From NCBI GenBank assembly GCA_002269645.1, contig NIVC01000709.1, forward strand, positions 310,001-374,000: a stretch of 64,000 nt of DNA, written 5' to 3'. The position numbers and the translations under genes were made by a program. Under the pieces are notes generated by a model. It had not been told where the DNA came from. It searched no databases and worked only from the letters and a program-made list of their open reading frames with translations. This DNA comes from Macrostomum lignano. Taxonomy: Eukaryota. How positions within the stretch are numbered: position 1 is the stretch's first letter; the number at the start of each line of letters is the position of its first letter. Of this stretch, positions 1-11,500 are shown piece by piece.

Positions 1-379
1 TAGCCTTCGGCAAGCTTTTCAAGAAACGATCGATTGTGTCCCGTCATAAAAGCTTGTTCACACCGCCATCAAAATTTTCATCAAATCCAAAAACTAGCAT
101 AGAATGCGCAAAGCAACGAGAAATTAAGCTGTACACGCGCTGTATGGTGGCACAACAAATGGAGCTTTTTAAGACGGTTGTGAGCGGCCGGGGCATTCGT
201 GTCTTTGGTCGCTGAGCATTTCATACCGCCCAAAAGTCGGATATAAGCATGCATCATTTATCAGCCTTTCAAGAACTATTTAACCTTTATCCGAGTGCTG
301 CTTGCTTCTTCTAAAGCAGGCCTTGGTAACAAATTAATTTTGCTACATTTTGACGTCTCGATACGTACAATAATGCAGC

Positions 380-866
380 CAGGGGGCGTCGCCATGTGGA
401 TTTTATGGTGGGGGGACCAGGGACAACTTAAACTGAGTTGTCCCTGGGGGGACAAAGCCCATAATTATACATGTACGTCATGTCCCCTCACATGACTAAA
501 TTCTTAATGCACATTATTTTCAACTGTACATGTAGTTGAGAAACAATGAGATCAGTCACTGACTGTAGTTGAGGAACAGTCACAGCGCACAAACTGAGTC
601 ACTCAGAATCGGTGTTTTCAGCACTCATTTTAGCGCCGCAGGCACTCATTTAGCGCCGCAGGCACTCATTTTAGCGCCAAAAACAATCCTTTTAGAGCCG
701 CAGACTCATTTTAGAGCCGCAGGTATTTATGTTTTGTCGCCCAGCAGCAAAATTATTGATTACGGGTCACACGGTGGGGTGGGGGGACAAAGCATTGGCA
801 TCCCCCCCAGATCTTTTACTGAGGGACATGTCCCCCCCCTTGTCCCCCCGTTGGCGGCGCCCCCTG
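380..866. mobile_element. Non-autonomous hAT-type MITE
   Basis: 15-bp TIRs cagggggcgtcgcca (380-394) and tggcggcgccccctg (852-866), 1 mismatch. Flanking 8-bp TSD aatgcagc/gatgcagc (7/8). Confidence 0.75.
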
Positions 867-2045
867 GATGCAGCAGTACTTTTACAGGCATAAAAGAGTC
901 GATTAAAATATTGAGGCATATGTCGCACTGCTTCAATCGCTGAGTGATTGCAACTATGGAGAATTAAAGTGCTTTAGATGACATTGAAAAGGAGTCTATT
1001 TACTAAATATAATTCCGATTTTGGCATTAAACAAAGGGCTTGAAGTTCATTGAATGCTCCGGGTTTTTTGGTCTATTCGTAATTTGCTTTATTTCCTGCA
1101 AAAACCGTTTTTTATCTCGTCCGCATTCGGAGATATTTGGATAAGAATGACGGCGAGACTGCCCAGAATATTGCAATACAGTTACGCCACAGATTACTAG
1201 TCCATGATGATGATATCATAAGTTATCCTGCCCTAGGCCGTAGGCATATCGTTAGCATCAGTAAATAATCTGATTTAGGCCTATCAGGCTAGTATCTCCT
1301 GCTCCTGTAAATCTTCTAGACATTTTAGAGCGCCACTGGCCAGGGCCAGGCTTAGCCTTAGGCCCTACTTATGTTGGTGTGCTTTGTTCAAAAATGCCCA
1401 ACAATTGTGATTGTAATTGTGATCTGGGTTTTATGCGCCAGGAAGTAACAACTTGGCATGCCATAGCCTCTTTAGGCCTAATCTATTTTGGCCTAGGCCC
1501 TTATGTCTATGACTATGACCTAAACCAAAATTGGAGCCTAGGCCTAACTATAGGAAGCCTATGTATGTTTTGTATGAGGCTGAAGCCATAACATGTCATA
1601 TAGGACATAGGCCCTACTCCCTAGCCATTGGTAGGCCCATAGATGGTAGGTGGCAGGCCGGCCTAGGCTTAGGCCCTATGCTTTTTTTATAACCACACAG
1701 TACACAACACATAGTTAGGCCTAGATTTTGATGGCCTAGACCTACCTCATATTGCACCTTAGCCATAGCTGCTACCTGTACCATAGATTTTTAGATTTTT
1801 AAGGTTAAGTCTAACCCTTACCCTAGCCTAGCTAGCAATCTTCAAGTTTTGTTCGTTAAATTATTTTTTCAATGATTCCTGAACTATCTTCCTTAAGAGG
1901 CGTATTTATAGGCCTAATATTTATAATTTAATAGAGGCCTAGGCCTATACCAAATTTTTCATTAAATGTGCATTATTAGGTTTATTTAATTAAATTATTA
2001 TTATTAGAAGAAAAAAGTAGGGGGCCTAAATAATATATATCAAGA

Positions 2046-4535
2046 GGGTCTACGAATTTTGCTTGCCAAACTTTGCTTGCAAGAAATTTGCTTATTGAAA
2101 TTTTGCTTGCCAAAGTTTTTTTATAGAAATCAGGAACTACAAAGATTTATACTTGATGTAGGGCTAAGCTAACTTCTGTCCCTCCCTTAGAATAATCTTA
2201 TCAATGTTATAATAGTATAATATACCTGCAGATCTAAGTTAAAAGTAAACAATTTCATATTTACTTTATATGCCTATCTGCTACATTTGTATTATAATAT
2301 CTGTATTGTATTTATCTTTTACAGTACTATTTACTATATGTATTTATATAATTTAGCATAATTGTTTTATAATATAGTTTTTTTTATTGCTCAATATTAA
2401 CTAATATATAATAAATTGTCACATTTCTTGTAAGAGTTTGCCACTCTGATTTGGCACTTTTGGCTGAGAATTCAAAACAGGCTCCTCGGTATTCATTTCT
2501 TTACAATGGCAACCATACGAGGACTCAAATTCCATGAAAAACTCCGCTGGGTGCTGGATCTACTGATTGACTGCAAATATGTATATTACAGTTAAGTTGA
2601 AGCTGATCAGCAGTGCGCACCCAGCTAGCTGACATCAGCCTGGCCAATCAAATTGCAAGTGCAGATAATTTTGCTGTTCTGAAGTCCAGAAGCTGTATCT
2701 TCCCATTTCTATGCTATGTTGAATGATTTTAATGTAATTGCACCTAATTTGTACCTACTGTAATTCTTCATATGTTTACTTTATACATTATACTATATTT
2801 TGGAATTGCTATGGTGTACTTTACTTTTCAAATAATTTTTCAATGTTGTATTATATTTTGTATTTTGTAAAGTTTCACCCAATGACAGTGCATCACAAAA
2901 GTGTATAAGTAATTCCTTTCGCTATAAAGTTTTTTTGCTTGATTCATGCTGTGCTCTGTGCTATTTGTGGTGAGGAGAACCCAGGGCTCTGCTAACCCTG
3001 TAGGGTTCTGGTTTTTGTGATTGTGTAACTGGCTTCTCTTTTTGTACCAGACCATTGTTTTTTTAATGTGTTCTGTCTCAATGTGAATGTCTAGTTGGGA
3101 ATGCAAGCTCCAATATTCCTTTCTTCAAATTTTGCATATTTTGTAGCATGTACTGTATATTTTATTGACAGTGTAAACATTGTCTTTTCTAAGAGGAGGA
3201 TAATGTAATATATCTGCAGATCTAATTTAAAAGTAAACAATTTCATATTTACTTTATATCCGCTGTATTTGTATTATAATATCTATATTGTATTTATCTT
3301 TACTGTACTCTTTTCTGTATGTATTTATTAATTTTGCATAATTGTTTTATAATTTAGTTTGTCACATTGCCTATAAGATTTTGCCGCTCTGATTTGGCAC
3401 TTTTGGCTGAGAATTCAAAACAGGCTCCTTGGTATTCATTTCTTTACAATAGTGCCAATTTCCCTCACTAATAAATGTCCTAAAGCTGTCACCAAGTTGT
3501 GCTAGGGTAATACCTATATTCTCCTACTGATAGTTGATAATGTACTTTTGCATGTACTTTTACTTATTTCTATTGGTAGTGTATCTACTTGTCTTCTTCT
3601 GTAATGGTAGTATATATGGATCTATGGGTAGCATTTGTACATGTACTCTTGGTCTGAGCAGTCTTTTGGCACTGTATGTTCCTATTACTTACTCCTATAG
3701 AGATTCTCTTCCAGTCTTGGGCATTCCCTAGATTAGAGGGTCACAGCCTTTCTGCAATTTTCTTGCCCTGAAGCAATTTTTCTGCCCTGAGGCAATTTCC
3801 TTGCTCTGGGGTGATACTTGCTTCTAGTGGATTTCTGATACTCTAAAGGAAATGACTAAGTCTTTCAAACACTGCAAATAGCAATTTAAAAAGACTAAAT
3901 TGATTGTACTCGTAAGACTTGTGGAAGAAGAGGCAACAGATGAAATTGTCTAAGCTCTGAGTTGCTTGAGTTGCTCGAGAGTTGCTTTTATTGGCCCCTC
4001 ATTTTTGGCCTTCTATTTATATTGCTTGCATGATATATTTAAAAAAATTTATTTTGTAAACTGTTAATTGCTTTCACAACATTAAAACTAAGAGTATACT
4101 AATTTCTTTTTTGCATAAATTCAAATATGGTATTTTCTAAGCATACTACATCATACTATTACTGATCCCTATCTACCTATACTAAATCTCTAACCTAATA
4201 ATTATATATACTAAATTCTTAGAATGAAACTCTATAATCCTAGGCCTAGTTTGAAAGCTTAGTGTCAAGTTAGTTTATGTTGATGCTAATAAGAATCCAC
4301 TTGCAAAGCATCTGTGGTAAGTAATAATTGACTGACCAACTTCACAAGCAATCAAAGCAAGCAAGCAAACAAGAAAATAATTTGGCAAGTTAAAACCTTA
4401 CAATTGTGATTGCAAGTTTCTTGGAAGCAGACATCAAAATTTCACAAGCAATGTTTGGCAAGCAATGTTTGGTATGCAAAGTTCAGCAAGCAAATTTCCA
4501 CAAGCAAGCTTCCTACAAGCAAACAATGTACTCCC
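2046..4535. mobile_element. Mutator/Foldback-like non-autonomous DNA transposon
   Basis: Perfect 9-bp TSD atatcaaga at 2037-2045 and 4536-4544. Termini GGG...CCC. Subterminal arrays of TTTGCTTG on the left and CAAGCAAA on the right, in inverted orientation. Internal direct duplication of roughly 250-290 bp (about 2220-2507 vs 3210-3450). Confidence 0.65.
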
Positions 4536-5530
4536 ATATCAAGAAAAGGAGTTGAATTAGATCAAGAAAGGAAATAGAGTAGGCCTAAAGCCTATATGTA
4601 AATAAATTGGTTGCACATTAAATTGGTTGATAATACTAATAGTCCAAAAAGTCTGTACAAAAAACTTGAAAAGTTTGAAAATAGAATAAAAGTGTCTGCA
4701 ACAAAAGATAGAACACTTCAAAGATAAAGGTAAGCAGTTAAAAGGTGATAGGAGTGCAAACAAAAAATGATAATATTTTAATTGAATGTGATAGTGCTTT
4801 TTGAAAGAAATTAAATACCAGAACTTTATATAGCCTAATTGCAAATCTTTCTAAAAGAATAATACACATGACACCATAATAATAAAGGAATATAATAAGT
4901 AATTTTGTTATAATTTGCATGTCAAATAAAAAATGGAAAATGTCTTTTATTTTGGCAGCTCAAAAGTAAGGTTGCATAATTTTGAAATTTTGTTTGGCAT
5001 ACATGACAATGCTTCCAATTTATTTTGGCATACTTGGCATACACTTAAAAACTCTGTTGTACACTAGTTACCTTTTGACAATAGAGAGCAATGTCATTTC
5101 TGTGTTTCATCTTTAAAAATTAAAAAAAACCATTGGCATTGCTAGTACCAATATTTTAAGTTGGATGTTGAAGGTTGGAAGACCAAGTTTTAATATACAA
5201 AAATTTTCATCTAAACTTTTAAACATAGGTGCCAAATAGTAAGGCTATCTGAATAAATATCTAAATATAAATAGGCAAGGTCACAATGAAATATTTTAAT
5301 ATCAAATGCACTTTGATTTTTTTGAAGCCTATTGTCATGCATTGTTTTGATAATAGTACATTGTATTTCGTCAAATGGAAATAACTGAAATGGTTAAAAG
5401 CCATTTTTATATGGCTTTCTATAAATAAAAAGCATCAGATTAATAATTGAATGTTATTTTAATTTTATAATCTATTTTAATTTCTTATTTCATGGCAAAA
5501 GCCTAATATTCAGCAGCCTGGGTGCACACA

Positions 5531-8500
5531 ATGACCTCTGCAGCTAATAGCAGTGCCAATGGTGATGTCAGTGGCTCCCAGCAGCCAGACTGTGCAGCTG
5601 ATCTGAATGAATTGCTGAAGCCCATTGCTAATCTGCCTCCAGAGGACCAGCTGACTGCGTTGATTGATTCTGGCCTGACAGAGAGCGAGGTGATTTTCTT
5701 TAGTGTTGTAAATTGCCTGCATGTACTAAAATATTATCCCACACCCTTATCCCATTTGCCCATTAACCCCCACCCTTATTTATCCCATTTTCCCAATTAT
5801 CCTCATCCCCAACCTGTTAGCACTGTGATTAACTTTTATTTATTAGAGAATGTACTTTGCTTAGTAGCCGTCAACGGCTGAGAATTCTATTGATGTCTAT
5901 GGACATTTGTACAGTTCAATTCGGTGGCTTAAAGAGTTGCCAAAATATAATTGAAAAGACCAAGCGTCTGCAGAGTTAAGCTAAAGGCTGAGACTCGATC
6001 AATTTTCTTACTCGTCCCAAAAAACGAACACTGGCGACGACGGCTGGTCTTATCGAGCCTCTGGAGACAGAAGCCCCAGCGGAAATTGAGCGCTGGTTCC
6101 AACGCTTCGAAGCAGTTTCCAAGCTGAACAAGTGGGATGACACCGCTCAGAAGTTCGCCCTCATCGCACACCTCGGCAAGAAGGCCTTCGCACTGTTGGC
6201 GGATGCGCTATTGCCAGATAAGCCTGACGCCAAGACCTATGCTGATCTGAAAACTCAGCTGATCAAGGAGACGAAAGCGGCGAAATCCGAGATTGCATAC
6301 CGGTACGCGTTCCATCACCTCAAGCAGGACGATGGCGAAGACGTTTCTGCCTACGCAAGAAGGCTGCGACTGGGTTCGGAGAACTGCGGCTTTTCAACCG
6401 CCGAACTGAATGACCGCCTGCGGGACCAATTTATCTTCGGATTGTCGAACAAGGAGATCGTCAGAAAGTTGCTCACGGAGAAACTGAAAGATCTGACGTG
6501 GGAAAAAGTAACTACGGTGGCCAATGCATGCGAGGCCGTAAGTCGCGGCGAGAGACAAATCTCAGGAGGCGAAATTCTACATGTCAAGTCAGATCCTCCT
6601 TCGACATCGAAAGTCCACAAGCCAGCGTACCAGAAAAGCGACCAGAAGAACGGCCAATTGCGCCAAGTCAAGTGCTTCTGCTGCGGCAAGGAAGGACATA
6701 CAAAGGACCAGTGCCACCACCGGACTAAGACATGCCTTCAGTGTGGTAAGGTTGGTCATCTCAAAGCAGTTTGCAGGTGCGGACCGAACAAAGGTGGACA
6801 ACGGCCTTCAACGAGCAACAAATGGTCACAAGGAGGCGGACGGCATCCAAGGAGCAGAGTCAGCAATCGACGATGCAGCTGATCAAGTCGGGCACATTTT
6901 CTCAATGATGACGCCGGAAGATGGTCGTGGAAGCAGAAGGATAACGCGACATGTAGTAGTCAATGGTACGAAAATCAAGATGCTACTGGACACCGGGTCG
7001 TGCTCAACGTTCGTGTCAAGCTCGGTGTTTCAAAGCCTACTCGAACCAGCAAATGTAAGGCCCACAAGCAGACGATTCGCTGCGTATCAAGGGGATCCAG
7101 TGCTAGTGAAAGGCGAAGCTATTGTGAACGCCAAGCTAAACTCAGTAAGTTCCGACCTAACTCTGTTTGTGGTGGACAACCCAAAAGCCGAATCTATCTA
7201 TGGCCTAGATTGGATTGCTGCCCCTGAGCCAGACCTCTACAATTTTATTACAAAATGTACGGTGCCTGAGGAAGACGGCTCGAATCCTACAACGGCATGC
7301 TCTGTAAAAAGATTTTCTGTATCATTGGCCATTGAGGCGGGAGCAAAGCCCATCTTTTTTAAACCTCGGCAAATTCCATACGGGATTCAGGACGATGTCA
7401 AGGCCGAGTTGATGAGAATGGAAGAGGCTGGACAGCTCCAGAAGGTGGAATCCAGCGAGTGGGCTACACCCATTGTCTGTGTTCGAAAGCAGTCAGGAAA
7501 GGTTCGGATTTGTGGTGACTACAAGGTTACCCTCAACCCACTGCTGAAAGACATGGTGTCAACAACGCCCACAATTGACGAAGCTCTGTCAAAACTAGGC
7601 CGTGCCCGCCGATTCTCTACGTTGGACCTATCAAATGCGTACCTCCAAGTACCGGTGGATGAAGACAGCAGCGTGATGCTGACGTGGAGCACTCCGTTCG
7701 ACTTATACAGGCCCACTGCATTGGCATATGGAGTAAAGCAAGCACCAGCAATTTTTCAGTCATTCATGGACAGGTTGCTTCTAAACATAGAAGGTGTCAT
7801 TTCCTACCAAGATGACATTCTTGTGTGGGGTTTCAACCAACAGAGTCATGACAACAGACTGTCCAATGTGCTTCGAATTTTAAAGGAGAGTGGACTGAGC
7901 ATTAACGAGGAGAAATGCACTTTTAACAAGCCATCTATCATGTTCCTGGGATATGAGATCAGTGAAAACGGCATTCGTCCACCACCAAAGAAAGCCAAGG
8001 AGATTGCAGGATTAGAAGAGCCAAAGAATCTCAAGCAGCTGCAGTCATTTATCGGGATGGTCGATTTCTACGGACGGTGTATCAAGAATCTCGCGAGCCT
8101 GAAAGAACCTCTAACGAAACTGACCAGGTCAGGAACGAAGTGGGCATGGGGCCCAATCGAGCAGAGAGCCTTTCAGAGCATCAAGGACGAACTACACAAT
8201 GCAGTCGCTCTCAAGCCTTTTTGATCCATCAGATAAAATCGTTCTCACTACTGACGCGTCACCATCGGGACTTGGTGCAGTCCTCGAGCAGTCGTCTGGG
8301 CCCGTAATATTCATTTCAAAGACTCTAACTCAAGCAGAGCGCAACTATGCTCAAATTGAACGCGAGGCCCTCGCCATTGTATGGGCTGTGAAGCGCTTAC
8401 ACAAGTATTTGCTGGGACACAAGTTCGTCATTCGCACAGACCACCAACCGTTAAAGTTCATCTTTGATCCTGGCAGATCCTTGTCAACTGTTGCTGCAGC

Positions 8501-11500
8501 GAGAGTGCAACGCTGGGCAATCACTTTGATGAGCTACGAATACGCCATTGAGTGCAAGAGATCTGCTGAGATTCCCGTGGCCGATGCCCTGTCAAGACTG
8601 CAGAACAGCACGTCTGAAGGAGAGCAGTTTGACATTAGCTCAGTGCAGGACTGCCTACTAGATTTTCAATCAACAAGGAGCGTTTGAGAAGACAATCGAA
8701 AGAGGATTCAGAGCTCCGGAAGTTATTCGCTCAAGTCAAGTTTGGCTGGAATGCAGAAGGACTTCGAGAACTACAACAGTTTAGCCGATTCAGGGACAAG
8801 TTAGTCATTGAGAATGGATTGTTGTACAGAGGTATTCGGCTGGTTGTACCAAAGCAGGAGCGTTCTGCAACTTTGCGATTGCTGCACGAAGGACACATCG
8901 GACCAGAAAAGATGAAATCCATAGCTAGACAATGCGTCTGGTGGCCTGAAGTAGATCGAGACATCGAAAAGTATGCGAAAGGATGTAGTTCGTGCCAGGA
9001 AAACAAGGATCATGGGGCCACCCGACAATGGACTTCGTGGCCGGATGAGACCGAATGCTGGTCAAGAGTTCACATGGACTACGCAGGGCCTATGAAGGGA
9101 GGAAACTACATGTTGGTACTGATTGATGCGTTCAGTAAATGGGCTGAAGTTCACGTGACTAAGGGAACCACTTCATCTGAGACAATCAAGCGACTGCGAA
9201 GAACGTTCGCCCAAGAAGGCGTGCCCGTGACTATTGTTTCCGACAATGGACCTCAATTTGTATCGAAAGAAATGCAAGGTTGGTTAAAAGGAATCAACTG
9301 CCGACATGTTCTCACACCACCGTATCATCCAAGGTCAAATGGACTGGCCGAGCGCTTTGTGAGAGATTTAAAAAATCACGTCCGAGCCGCTGAAGAAGAC
9401 GACCTTCAGAGTTGCGTCGACCGGTTTCTGCTTCAATACCGGAACGCGAAACATTCTACGACCGGAAAATCGCCCTCTGAGCTGATGAGAGGCCACCTAC
9501 TTCGCACCCCTGCATTTTCTCTGGCACGTGAGCCAGTCTGGGTGAAAACCTACAACAACGAGATGACAAAGTGGAAGTCTGGCGAAGTGGTGGCAACAGA
9601 GGGAAAGGTTGTGGTCGACGTTGAGCTGGAGGACGGAAGGCGTGGACGCTACCATCGTGAACAGACAAAGCCAAGGAGTTCCGGTTCCGATGACCTGGTG
9701 GAGACGCAGACTGAAGAACATGTGCACACGGATCAAGAGTCTGGTCTTCGGAGAAGTAATCGCCATCGGCAAGTACCAAGGCGACTTGAGTACCGCAAGC
9801 TTGGTGTACCTACCTAGCTGTTAACTAATGGGAAGGAGTGTTAGCACTGTGATGAACTTTTATTTATTAGAGAATGTACTTTGCATAGTAGCCGTCAACG
9901 GCTGAGAATTCTATTGATGTCTATGGACATTTGTACAGTTCAATTCGGTGGCTTAAAGAGTTGCCAAAATATAATTGAAAAGACCAAGCGTCTGCAGAGT
10001 TAAGCTAAAGGCTGAGACTCGATCAATTTTCTTACTCGTCCCAAAAAACGAACACAACCCTTATTTATCCCACTTCCCCATTTTCCCAGCCCTATTTATC
10101 CCACTTCCCCATTATCCCCAACCCTTATTTATCCCACGTCCCCATTATCCCCAACCCTTATTTATCCCACTTCCCCATTATCCCAGCCCTATTTATCCCA
10201 CCTCCATCATCCCCAACCCTTATTTACGAGTATCCCACTTCCCTATCTATCCCATTCTCTATTTCTCCTCAGCCTCTATCTATCTCTGCCCACCCGTTCT
10301 CCCTTTCAGGCGCTGAATTCGTGGAAGCAGTTGCACAGCGCGCCAGAGCTGACGGCGCCATTCGTGCAGCGCGCCGAAACCCCGGACGGCGGGCAGGAGC
10401 TGTACCCCTGGGTGCAGCTGTCCGGCCACAGGGAGAATTTCCGGCCCGGCCTGCGTCCCGGCACGGTGCTGAAGCTGCTGTGCCCCTGCGAGGCCGACTG
10501 CCTCCGCCAGCTGACCGCCGATCCCCTGCTGGGCGAGTTCGTGCCCCGCTACTTTGGCACCGTGCGGCTGGAGGACGGCACCGAGTTCCTGGAGATGCAG
10601 GACCTGCTGGCCGAGTTCCCCGGCTGCACGGGCCTCATGGACTGCAAGATGGGCTCCAGGACTTACCTGGAGTCTGAGCTGGACGGTTCGTAATTCACTG
10701 CTGGTGCTCCACTGCTCACATCCTATCTCCTCCGTTTTCTCACTCCTTCCTGTTTCACCCTTCCCCCATATCTAATCTCACCCCATATCCAATCTCACCC
10801 TCCTCATATCCAGTCTCAACCTCCTTATATTCAATCACACCCTCCCCATATCCAATCTCACCCTCCCTATATTCAATCTCACCCTCTCTGTATTCAGTCT
10901 CACCCTTCCCATATCTAATCTCACCCTTCCCCATATTTAATCTCACCCTCACTATATTCAATCTCACCTTCCCTATATCTAATCTCACCCTTCCCCATAT
11001 CTAATCTAACCCTCCCTATATTCAATCTCACCTTCCGCATATCCAATCTCACCTAGTTGTCTGATTAATCCACCAAAAGCTTCACCAACCCGTGCCCCAC
11101 CCGCCAGGCGACCCGAAGCCCCGGCGCGACCTGTACAACAAGATGGTGGAGGTGGACGCGGACGCTCCAACAGCTGACGAGGCGGCCGCCCAGGCCGTGG
11201 CCAAGCCGCGCTACATGATGTGGCGGGAGCAGCTGTCCTCCACCGCCACCCTCGCCTTCCGCATCGACGGCCTTCAGCGGCTCATGGCCTCCGGCCGGAC
11301 GCATCCGGTGGATTTGAAGCGGCTCCGCTCCCGGCCGGAGGTTTCGGACACGTTGGCCGGGTTCTTAGAGGGCCGGCCGGACTTGCGCGACGCCTATTTG
11401 GCCAGGCTGCGCAAACTGCGCGCCGCTCTGGCTCCGTCCGAGTTCTTTGCGCTGAGAGAGGTGCGGCTCTTGGCTCTGTGCTGACATGCAGCTTTGTTGT

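Larger units (their letters stand above)
5815..10054 (+). mobile_element. Full-length Ty3/gypsy (Mag-like) LTR retrotransposon in IP3K intron 1
   Basis: 216-bp LTRs 5815-6030 and 9839-10054 (TG...CA, 2 mismatches). 5-bp TSD caacc at 5810-5814 and 10055-10059. PBS tggcgacga at 6032. PPT gggaaggag at 9830-9838. Domain order gag-PR-RT-RNase H-IN. Confidence 0.97.

Noticed and set aside
1-250. Possible transposase fragment on the minus strand
   Set aside because: Only vague motif similarity, with stops in all frames. It cannot be supported without a search.
1225-1960. Cluster of TAGGCCTA palindromes
   Set aside because: No periodicity or boundaries. It looks like a low-complexity overrepresented motif, with no evidence of function.
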